DNA of 31,606 bases from Spirochaetaceae bacterium. Lineage in GTDB: Bacteria; Spirochaetota; Spirochaetia; DSM-27196; SLAA01. The position numbers and the translations under genes are program-made. This document shows, one piece after another, positions 1 through 7,368 of the stretch. How positions within the stretch are numbered: position 1 is the stretch's first letter; every line of letters starts with the position of its first letter. The stretch spans positions 1-31,606 of the forward strand of contig PXEI01000170.1 in the NCBI GenBank assembly GCA_003564775.1, read 5' to 3'. The notes beneath the pieces are model-generated. The model was given only the letters and a program-made list of their open reading frames with translations, did not search any database and was not told the origin of the DNA.

Positions 1-1
1 C

Positions 2-748
2 GCGCTGGAAGTTGAACCCCCGCCAACCGATACTTCCGAACTGGATACGCTTGCACAACTTGACATTGATTCAGAACTTGCTGATATCGACGAACTCAAA
101 GACAGCCCCGATGACACGGTCGCCGACACCAGCGAACTAGCCGATATCTCGATTGCGTTTCCCGAAGAGGACGAAGAAGAAGACGAGACTCCTCCGGTTA
201 TCACCCCTGAAGATGATACCGAGCAAGATCTTGATACAGAGCAAGAAGCTGATACCGGCGCAAATTCCCAGGCCGAGCTTACGGTAGATGAAGATGAGTT
301 TGAGTTGGATGATGAACTTGACCTTGAGGAAGACGAACTTGAACTCGAGGCAGACAGTCTTACGCTTGAAGAAGACAGCCTCGATCTCGCGGAGGACAGT
401 CTAGAGCTTGATGACGACGAACTAGATGAGGCTGAACTTCCCGAAGACGAACTTGACGACGATGAGCTCGATTCTGAAGACCTTGAATCTGAAGACCTTG
501 AAATAGAGTCACCAGATCAAGAGGCTGAAACCGCCCAGCGCCTTACAGATACCATGGCGGCTGCTCAGGAAGCCGCCGAGAACGATTCGGAACTCAGCGA
601 TGATCTTCGTGAGGAAATTCGCGCGGTACTGCGCTACATGGACCAATTGCTGGAGTCACTCCCCGAGGACAAGATCCAGGAGTTTGCCTCGTCTGAACAC
701 TTTGAGGTCTACAAGAAGCTATTCGAAGAACTAGGGCTGGAAACGTAA
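2..748 (+). CDS. Hyper-acidic low-complexity protein, C-terminal part (5' end lies outside the window)
   Basis: The frame is open from base 2 (ALEVEPPPTDTSELDTL...) to TAA 746-748, so the listed TTG at 305 is internal. The body is very D/E-rich and ends in an ordered helical-looking tail, LREEIRAVLRYMDQLLESLPEDKIQEFASSEHFEVYKKLFEELGL. Confidence 0.85.
   Translation, partial: ALEVEPPPTDTSELDTLAQLDIDSELADIDELKDSPDDTVADTSELADISIAFPEEDEEEDETPPVITPEDDTEQDLDTEQEADTGANSQAELTVDEDEFELDDELDLEEDELELEADSLTLEEDSLDLAEDSLELDDDELDEAELPEDELDDDELDSEDLESEDLEIESPDQEAETAQRLTDTMAAAQEAAENDSELSDDLREEIRAVLRYMDQLLESLPEDKIQEFASSEHFEVYKKLFEELGLET
323..427 (+). repeat. Five degenerate 21-nt (7-aa) tandem repeats in the acidic protein
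   Basis: Units translate as LEEDELE / LEADSLT / LEEDSLD / LAEDSLE / LDDDELD; e.g. cttgaggaagacgaacttgaa and cttgaagaagacagcctcgat. Confidence 0.8.
473..502 (+). repeat. Perfect 15-nt tandem duplication (SEDLE x2)
   Basis: tctgaagaccttgaa occurs at 473-487 and 488-502. Confidence 0.9.
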
Positions 749-921
749 TGGGTTTATACCACAAAATCATCACCGAGGGTGGTGAGACAAGCGACAACGA
801 TATTCTGCCTGAAACCCTCGACGAAAAAAAAAACAGATCTTGTCGGATCTTTTGTCCGACGAGGGGTTGGAGTCGGACGGCCCGCAGGCTAAAGATTTAC
901 GCAAGTTTCTTCAGGAAATAA
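748..921 (+). CDS. Short ORF (57 aa), probable N-terminus of the frameshifted gene 748-1799
   Basis: ATG 748-750 overlaps the upstream TAA (TAATG). It reads MGLYHKIITEGGETSDNDILPETLDEKK up to the A10 run, then NRSCRIFCPTRGWSRTARRLKIYASFFRK to TAA 919-921. It is not in the supplied ORF track. Confidence 0.6.
   Translation: MGLYHKIITEGGETSDNDILPETLDEKKNRSCRIFCPTRGWSRTARRLKIYASFFRK
824..864 (+). promoter_or_regulatory. Candidate recoding signal: A10 slippery run plus downstream stem-loop
   Basis: A10 at 824-833 gives A_AAA_AAA and A_AAA_AAC heptamers in the 748 frame. A stem TCTTGTCGGA (838-847) pairs with TCCGACGAGG (855-864): 10 bp including 2 G-U pairs, 7-nt loop. Confidence 0.55.
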
Positions 922-1799
922 GAAATATAGACCTGGACCTCAGGTCGCCTGTCGTAGCCTTCACAGCTGCAGCCGATCTCCTGCGTGTGAGCAAAGGTGC
1001 TTTACTGCTACGCAGCCACGATGTGGACAGCTTTGTGGTGTGGGCCCAACGCGGACTCGACGAGACAACTCGCCACCGCCTGGAGTTCCCTCGTCAAAAA
1101 ATCTCTCAACTGATACGCGACATGGGCCTCGATTCGCAGCTCACTCAGGCACAAAAGATTGCGGCTGTTTCTCCGTATGTGTCGAATCTTGAAGCTTCAA
1201 TGCTCCGATCGGCGCTCCTGCTCTCGTTCCCGGAGACCGAACCACAGGCTCTGTTTCTCATTTTGGACTCACCCTACCTCACCGATGAGGAGTCCAGTGT
1301 CGTGCTCTTACTTGCGGCAGTTGCAGAGCCAATTGTGGACGCAGTTGATAATAAGATGCTTCGACAGCTGCGCGCTGTCAGTAACGTCCGGCAGCTGAGT
1401 CGTAAGAGTTTTATTCATCATGTTGTCGAGCATGTACGGCATTCCGATCTCGCTGGTCACCTGGTGCAGGTGAAGGTCCAACCGATGATTGACTACCTGA
1501 CTGAACAACATCCTGAACTGGATCAGTTCCGTTGTTTTCAGGATCTTGCTTCGCTTATTTTGCAGGTAATTGGAACCGCGTTCCCTGCCCTCCTTGATCC
1601 TTCAAGACGCATCTGGGTTCATGTTCCTGCGGGCAACGACATTGAGTTGCTCATTGGGCACCTTGCCGAGGTTGTCCGAGCCAGGTTCACGGTACCAGCC
1701 ACGTTTGATGTGCTCACCCATGAAGATACTGAGTTGTTCCAAACTGCTGAGCACGTACACACGCAACTCGACAGTATTCTTGCCGATGTTCAAGATTGA
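840..1799 (+). CDS. Hypothetical protein, possibly GAF-like; likely the body of a 350-aa product starting at 748 via a -1 shift
   Basis: Long ORF whose frame is open from 786 (TGA at 783-785). TTG 840 has no Shine-Dalgarno. The segment KGALLLRSHDVDSFVVWAQRGLD loosely resembles a GAF-type strand pattern (weak). Confidence 0.75.
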   Translation: MSDLLSDEGLESDGPQAKDLRKFLQEIRNIDLDLRSPVVAFTAAADLLRVSKGALLLRSHDVDSFVVWAQRGLDETTRHRLEFPRQKISQLIRDMGLDSQLTQAQKIAAVSPYVSNLEASMLRSALLLSFPETEPQALFLILDSPYLTDEESSVVLLLAAVAEPIVDAVDNKMLRQLRAVSNVRQLSRKSFIHHVVEHVRHSDLAGHLVQVKVQPMIDYLTEQHPELDQFRCFQDLASLILQVIGTAFPALLDPSRRIWVHVPAGNDIELLIGHLAEVVRARFTVPATFDVLTHEDTELFQTAEHVHTQLDSILADVQD

Positions 1800-3474
1800 G
1801 CACGCAAAAAGCGGACATCCCTTTGCAATCTTCAATGGACTGCACCTCCACTCTGGGTACAACCCTGAGCGAGAAGCGCAGAAATTTGTTTTGTCTCAAC
1901 TTGGAAGTCGAGTACCTGCGACGGTACTGGTTGTAGGACCCGGGTTGGGCTACATTGGAGCCGAGCTACGTCGGCGTGGAGCGTTTACTGTTCATGTTTT
2001 TCTCTCGGCCTTCACATACTCTGCGGCTGTTGAACGTGGAGATGCAGCATGGCATCCAAGGTCAGATGACGACGCCATGGCGCTGTCTGCAGCTGAGTCT
2101 CAGGATGCAGTAAGCCTGAGGTCTTTCCTCAGAAGCGTGCTGAATGACACCGACACGGTAGGTCTGGAGGTGATATCCTGGTCCCCCTGCCTGGAGGCTT
2201 TCCCAGCTCAAGCAGAACGTGCCCTGTCTACGGTCGCGGATGTGGTGCGTGAAAGCAATGCCAATTTGACCACCATTGCGGCGTTCGGCGTACGGTGGTT
2301 TCGTAACTTGTGCGCGAACTTCCGCGATATAGGGAGCTTGCGCACCACACCAAGCACTTGTCATGAGGTGGTGCTGGTGGCCGCAGGCCCCTCACTTGAG
2401 GCGGCAATACCAACGCTCCAGGAGTTGTTTCACGCCAACCGACCCGAACTTGAGATTTGGGCGGTCGGTACAGCTTTACGCCCCCTGATAGCGGCAGGAG
2501 TTGCGCCACGTATGGTGATAACGTCCGATGCTTCCTACTTTGCCTTGGAACACCTTAATGCGGAACGCAGTTCGCCAGCTTACTGTATCGCGGCACCACT
2601 CACCGCTGCACGCGGCTTAGCCCGACGCGCCGCTCTGCAAGTAGTACTTAACCAAGGGTCTATAATTGAGCAGGACCTGTACTCGAACTGCCGCCTGCCC
2701 TCAATCTACCTTCCAGCTAACGGTACTGTTGCCGGGACCGCTCTTGAACTTGCGCTGCGGGTTTGTTCCGGACGGGTTGTACTCGTTGGTCTTGACCTTG
2801 GTTACCGTGATATTCAGCCTCATGCCCGACCCCATAGCTTTGAACACTACCTTTGGCGCCAGGAGTCCAGACTGCAGCCGCTCTACAGCATGTTTGCAAC
2901 CCGGGCTTTGGAGCACAGCACCCGTACTTCAAATGGGAGACGAAGCACGCGCCAGTTGCAAAACTATGAATCATGGTTTCGTCGAAGGCTTTCAGAACTC
3001 CGGGGCCGGGTGACAACACTTGGCCCTTCTGCCGTAGAGCTTAACGTTCCGAAAATAACCCCTGACGAGCTCAAAACCTCGGCTCTGCGCGCGACTGTCG
3101 GTACGACGCCTGATTCTGTGACGCCCGCACCACATCAGTCGAACTCAGGCCAAAACCTGGAGTTATCTGATACTGAGCGTCTGGAGGCCTTGAGGGCGTT
3201 GTTTCGCACCTTGGAGCTCCGATTAGAGCGGATCACGGCAATACCCAACAGGGATGAGTTTCTGGATCTCCTTCATCCCCAACGGCGTGCAGCACTTCAG
3301 AATCCATCATCCGCAACTCCTGAGGACCTCCAGCTACTGACCTACCTCAACTGTCGCGGAGTGATAAACTGCATCCAGACGACCGACACCTCAAGCTTCC
3401 AAGAAGAACTCACAAAGGCTGTCGAGACCGTTCATCGCTTGCTCGTCCAACAGAAACAAGAGTATCTGCAATGA
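1786..3474 (+). CDS. Maf/DUF115 family protein (motility-associated factor, MptE-like annotation), copy 1
   Basis: N-terminal LHLHSGYNPEREAQKF, central VVLVAAGPSL, later GTVAGTALELA and VVLVGLDLGY are typical Maf-family motifs. Start placed at ATG 1786, which overlaps the end of the upstream ORF, rather than at 1570. Confidence 0.8.
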   Translation: MFKIEHAKSGHPFAIFNGLHLHSGYNPEREAQKFVLSQLGSRVPATVLVVGPGLGYIGAELRRRGAFTVHVFLSAFTYSAAVERGDAAWHPRSDDDAMALSAAESQDAVSLRSFLRSVLNDTDTVGLEVISWSPCLEAFPAQAERALSTVADVVRESNANLTTIAAFGVRWFRNLCANFRDIGSLRTTPSTCHEVVLVAAGPSLEAAIPTLQELFHANRPELEIWAVGTALRPLIAAGVAPRMVITSDASYFALEHLNAERSSPAYCIAAPLTAARGLARRAALQVVLNQGSIIEQDLYSNCRLPSIYLPANGTVAGTALELALRVCSGRVVLVGLDLGYRDIQPHARPHSFEHYLWRQESRLQPLYSMFATRALEHSTRTSNGRRSTRQLQNYESWFRRRLSELRGRVTTLGPSAVELNVPKITPDELKTSALRATVGTTPDSVTPAPHQSNSGQNLELSDTERLEALRALFRTLELRLERITAIPNRDEFLDLLHPQRRAALQNPSSATPEDLQLLTYLNCRGVINCIQTTDTSSFQEELTKAVETVHRLLVQQKQEYLQ

Positions 3475-5150
3475 GTCCTGCGGGAAACCTGCTCGAACAG
3501 AATATACAGGCACTGCGCTCCGGCCCAATGCGACTCAACCATGTCACAGCTCAGAAAGTGGCGGCGAGCCATGCATCGGACCGCTTGCGAGTGGAGCCCT
3601 CGCGTAGCGGTGGATTTCAGGAGCCAACTGCAACCTTACAAGGCTCGGATGGTGAGCTATTTCTCCACTCTCGATATCGGCCACACGCCGAGGCAGTCAA
3701 ATTTGCCACCAGCATGTCAGTTCACGATAGTGACTATTTGGTTCTGTACGGATTCGGTTTGGGATATGAGGCCGAGGCATTGACCAAAGCGGCGCCCCAT
3801 TTAGAGTTGCGCATCATTGAACCGGACCCCAGCCTGTTGTACAGTGCTTTCTGCCAGAGAGATCTACGAGAGCTTTTTTCCCTGGCGCGGGTTGCAATAG
3901 TCTGCGACGATGATCCACGCTCAGCGGTAGACGCGCTCGACTACCTGCCATTCTTCTTTCCTAAACTCTCGAGCACTCATCTTCGTGCGCGGTTAGCGGC
4001 AGATGATGAGTATTTCAAGAGCTTTGCCGCCAATCTTGACCGGCTGATTGCTGCTGTCGGCCACGACTATCGCGCCTGTGCGGTATACGGACACCGTTGG
4101 TGCGTAAACTCCATCAGAAACCTGCGACTACTCGAGGGTTCTGAGCGCTTGCAATCCTTCAGCTCGTCAGCCACGTGGAACATCGTGGGTGCTGGCCCAG
4201 GTGCGGATGTTGGCGTAGCAACAGACCACACTGCCAACACAATCTACTGCGACACCGTCATTCGCCTGGCCGCTGCATACACCCACACAGACCTTACTGC
4301 CGTTACCATAGACCCTCAGCCTATCTCTAAGCTGCACTATCTTGGAGTTCCAACGGGACAGGTGCGACTGATTGCCGACATTGGAGCCCACCATAGCCTG
4401 TTACAGAGATTCCCACATGTAAGCGTGATTAGTTCCGGGCATCCGCTGCACCGCTACCTGTCTTCTCAGGGGCTTCCCCTTGGGCCTTCGCTAGTTCGTG
4501 GAGGAAGTGTTGCGGAAACCGCTCTCAGAATTGCGCACCATTTAGGAGCGTCCGAGATTGCACTGACTGGACTGGACTTTGCCTATCTGGCCGAAAAAAG
4601 CTACGCTGCCGGAACCTGGATTGAGACCTACCTGCGCACAAGAAGCACCCGACTTCATAGTATTGGCAATCAACATTACGAGTTTATTCAGAAGCGCAAG
4701 GCGACACGTCAAACCGGGGAGTCCGACCCACCTCATGATGGAAGTTACCACACCCAGTTGCTTGACGACTACAAGGCGGCGTTTCTGTCCACCGCTGCGG
4801 AGCTTGGGTTTACTTATTGTCCCGCACAGGGATGTGACTCCAACGCCATATTACGGGCGGAACGCCCGCAACACGAGCCCAACGCGGCTGTGGCCCACCG
4901 GCCTGCGACACATTCGAGGGTTCTACAGGTGCTTCATTGTCTTCATGACGAGCTGTTAGAGTATAAGGTCCCGGACGACGGCCCCTCCCTCAACGCGAGC
5001 TACCGCGAGCTGCGTGCATCCGCCGCGGCAGTTGTCCCCGCGGCAATCTACTATCACGAACGCCAGGGATTGAGCCGTAGCGAAGCCTTGACCGCGTCAT
5101 GTGAACTCATGCTACGTGAGATTTCGCGTTTTATCGGCGACGATAGGTGA
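3471..5150 (+). CDS. Maf/DUF115 family protein, copy 2 (more divergent)
   Basis: LFLHSRYRPHAEA, LVLYGFGLGY, IIEPD, IVGAGPG, GGSVAETALRIA and IALTGLDFAY. ATGA overlap with copy 1. Confidence 0.8.
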   Translation: MSPAGNLLEQNIQALRSGPMRLNHVTAQKVAASHASDRLRVEPSRSGGFQEPTATLQGSDGELFLHSRYRPHAEAVKFATSMSVHDSDYLVLYGFGLGYEAEALTKAAPHLELRIIEPDPSLLYSAFCQRDLRELFSLARVAIVCDDDPRSAVDALDYLPFFFPKLSSTHLRARLAADDEYFKSFAANLDRLIAAVGHDYRACAVYGHRWCVNSIRNLRLLEGSERLQSFSSSATWNIVGAGPGADVGVATDHTANTIYCDTVIRLAAAYTHTDLTAVTIDPQPISKLHYLGVPTGQVRLIADIGAHHSLLQRFPHVSVISSGHPLHRYLSSQGLPLGPSLVRGGSVAETALRIAHHLGASEIALTGLDFAYLAEKSYAAGTWIETYLRTRSTRLHSIGNQHYEFIQKRKATRQTGESDPPHDGSYHTQLLDDYKAAFLSTAAELGFTYCPAQGCDSNAILRAERPQHEPNAAVAHRPATHSRVLQVLHCLHDELLEYKVPDDGPSLNASYRELRASAAAVVPAAIYYHERQGLSRSEALTASCELMLREISRFIGDDR

Positions 5151-5970
5151 TTCCTGCGTATCCCACAAATGAATCCGCGGCGCGACAGTCATAACTGGTA
5201 TGGTATCCAATCAGTTCGGCGTCATCACACCCAACAGCGCGTGCGTACCCTACCGCTACGGCAGCCGCTCCAGCCGAACATGCGGAGCGGTCTCGGATAC
5301 TACACTCGACAATACCCTGTGCATCCATATGCGCGAGCTTCTCTATCATCGTCGCATCGTTTGATTCACGCACCCAGGCGTGAGCTTCTTCTCCGAGTCC
5401 GTGGTCAGTGAAACCGAAAGCTGGACCGTAGTGCGTAAGGTCGGTTGAACCAATAACTGTGATGTCACTCCCATCTTGATGTAGCGCAACTTCCGCCAAC
5501 GCCTGCGACAAACGTTGAACAAGATCCGAGTTTGGCCCAACGCGAAGCCATACGGCTCGTGCATCAGGATTAAGATATTTCAGCATGGGCATGACTACCT
5601 CAACCGAGTTCTCCGAGTCCTCATCTGGCGCTGTTTCAAAGTTCTGCAAGATGTACTCACGCAACTGGAGATCGGTCTCCACTATTCCCAGTGGTGTCTC
5701 ATACGCGTCCTCTGCGGCAACAAGCAGCGGAGAGGCCGAGGAAAGGTGCCCGCCGACAACCACAACGGTTTTACTGCGCTCCAGGGTACTGAGTGTGTCG
5801 AACGCTAATCGACCCGAAAATGTCCAGCCAGCGTGTGGAACCACAACTGCGCGTGATCGAGGCTTCTCGAAATCGCGGCAGCACCAGTCCTGCAACACCT
5901 CTTCCGTTGCCTCACCTGTTTCTGGATACCACCCGGCAGAGAGTTTTCGTCGACGAATTATTGCGGACAT
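5131..5970 (-). CDS. amrB: AmmeMemoRadiSam system protein B (MEMO1 family)
   Basis: R...AGWYP, VVPHAGWTFSG, STDLTHYG and ACSAGA motifs. Start placed at ATG 5970 (MSAIIRRRKLSAGWYP). Confidence 0.88.
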   Translation of the reverse strand: MSAIIRRRKLSAGWYPETGEATEEVLQDWCCRDFEKPRSRAVVVPHAGWTFSGRLAFDTLSTLERSKTVVVVGGHLSSASPLLVAAEDAYETPLGIVETDLQLREYILQNFETAPDEDSENSVEVVMPMLKYLNPDARAVWLRVGPNSDLVQRLSQALAEVALHQDGSDITVIGSTDLTHYGPAFGFTDHGLGEEAHAWVRESNDATMIEKLAHMDAQGIVECSIRDRSACSAGAAAVAVGYARAVGCDDAELIGYHTSYDCRAADSFVGYAGITYRRR

Positions 5971-5979
5971 CTTGCCTTT

Positions 5980-5988
5980 ATCATACCA
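5980..5988 (-). promoter_or_regulatory. Extended -10 promoter of amrB
   Basis: The minus strand reads TG-G-TATGAT, 9 nt before ATG 5970. Confidence 0.5.
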
Positions 5989-6017
5989 GCGATATGCACA
6001 ACCGTACACAATCACTC

Positions 6018-6045
6018 TTCACTTTTTTGCTTTTTCACGTATACT
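6018..6045 (+). promoter_or_regulatory. Sigma70-type promoter of the 6052 gene
   Basis: TTCACT (6018-6023), N16, TATACT (6040-6045). The predicted +1 falls on the A of ATG 6052. Confidence 0.5.
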
Positions 6046-6051
6046 GTGCGT

Positions 6052-7368
6052 ATGAAGGCCCGGTTTGCACAGGTATGTGCCGCAATTACTGTCGCTGTTT
6101 TCGCTGTAGTGACCATCTTCTTCGTTCTACGTCTCAGCGAAGCCTATGAACGCAGTGTTGAGAATGGTCGGACACATTTTGCAGCCTTGAGTGAGGTGAT
6201 TGCTGGTGCTTACGAGGCTGCCGACCACTCGTTTGAGAAGTTCGACTGGGAAAAACTAGGCAACGAACTAGACCTGACTCGCGCAACAGGGGCAGTCGTG
6301 GTCGCCTCGGGTCAGGGCCAGCTTGAGTATCTTAGCGCCCGAGACATGGGCTACCTGAATCCTACTACTCGTCTACAACTCGAAGGGAACCAAGTATCGC
6401 AGAGAGGACAGGGCGTTCACTACCTCCTGCCCCGTTCTACACATGAGCTGCGTCTCACCGAGTCCCTGTCAACCGAAAGTGGCGAGAATGTTCATGTAGA
6501 AGCAATCTACCCGACACTTACCAACAGCGATATCTACCCACTTTTGCGTGACTCCTTGCTCATACTGCTGGGATTCGCCGCCCTTACCCTGGTAAGCGCC
6601 CTTGGCCTCTATTTTCATAGGGGAACCCCTCACGAAGCGCCACAACCCTTCCCGGGCTCGGAACCCGCTGTAGCCTCGCGCGAGTCTGACGATTACGGTA
6701 CAGATTTCGTCGATGACCTGCAAAGCGAAAGCGACGATCCAGACGATACAGACGATCCAGACGAAAGCGACGATGATATCATGCGCGAACTGGACGAACG
6801 CTTTGACGACTCCCAGGACAGTTCCAACGCTTCAGACCGAGAAAAAGCCAAGCTATTGCGCCGTCTCGGTTCCGAGCTCGAACGAAGCACCTTCAACGAG
6901 GAGGATCTCGTTCTGGCCCTGCTACGACCCAGCTCCACCGATCCCGAAAACGAGACTGAAGTTGACAGCGACAGTACGACGGATCGCTTCAACGACGAGG
7001 TGCGCACGCGTGATCGACTCTACTCTTTTATTGCGCTCGAGCATGCTTTTAAGGAGTTAACGTTCACCTTGGGGGACAACATTATTGCAATCATCGAGCC
7101 AAATAACGATCTGGACGGCGGCATGCGTCGAATGGAGAACCTGCTGCGTAAGGCTGATGAGCGTGCAATCACCGAGGGGGGCAAGCTTCACGGCGGTTTG
7201 AGCGCGAGAGCTGGTCGTCTAACCGAGTCACCTCGACTGTTCAAGGAAGCCTACACCGCCCTCAGACGTGCAGAGTATCAGAAGGCTCGGCTCATGGCCT
7301 TTCGCCCGGATCCCGACCTTTATCGGCGCTTCGTTGCAGGTGAGGAAGCTTCCGTAGAGTCCACGTAA
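6052..7368 (+). CDS. Two-TM membrane protein with acidic linker and C-terminal degenerate GGDEF-like domain
   Basis: Hydrophobic segments VCAAITVAVFAVVTIFFVL and LLILLGFAALTLVSALGLYF flank a likely periplasmic domain. The C-terminus follows GGDEF-domain layout (RLGSELERS..EDLVLALL; IAIIEP..DLD; GGLSA..LFKEAYTALRRA) without the GG[D/E]EF motif. The start could instead be GTG 6046. Confidence 0.7.
   Translation: MKARFAQVCAAITVAVFAVVTIFFVLRLSEAYERSVENGRTHFAALSEVIAGAYEAADHSFEKFDWEKLGNELDLTRATGAVVVASGQGQLEYLSARDMGYLNPTTRLQLEGNQVSQRGQGVHYLLPRSTHELRLTESLSTESGENVHVEAIYPTLTNSDIYPLLRDSLLILLGFAALTLVSALGLYFHRGTPHEAPQPFPGSEPAVASRESDDYGTDFVDDLQSESDDPDDTDDPDESDDDIMRELDERFDDSQDSSNASDREKAKLLRRLGSELERSTFNEEDLVLALLRPSSTDPENETEVDSDSTTDRFNDEVRTRDRLYSFIALEHAFKELTFTLGDNIIAIIEPNNDLDGGMRRMENLLRKADERAITEGGKLHGGLSARAGRLTESPRLFKEAYTALRRAEYQKARLMAFRPDPDLYRRFVAGEEASVEST
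6733..6777 (+). repeat. Five degenerate 9-nt repeats encoding an acidic linker (DDP DDT DDP DES DDD)
   Basis: gacgatcca gacgataca gacgatcca gacgaaagc gacgatgat. Confidence 0.8.

Noticed and set aside
305-307. TTG 305 as the start of the acidic protein
   Set aside because: The frame is open back to base 2 with the same composition, so the gene starts outside the window.
1570-1785. 72-codon N-terminal extension of Maf copy 1 in the ORF track
   Set aside because: It lies wholly inside the real upstream ORF in another frame. The family motif (LHS.YNP) begins just after ATG 1786.
5131-5970. MEMO EHS motif reads ENS, suggesting inactivation
   Set aside because: The other His/Asp/Cys positions (PHAG, GGH, DLTH, ACS) are intact. 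One substitution is not enough without an alignment of spirochaete orthologues.
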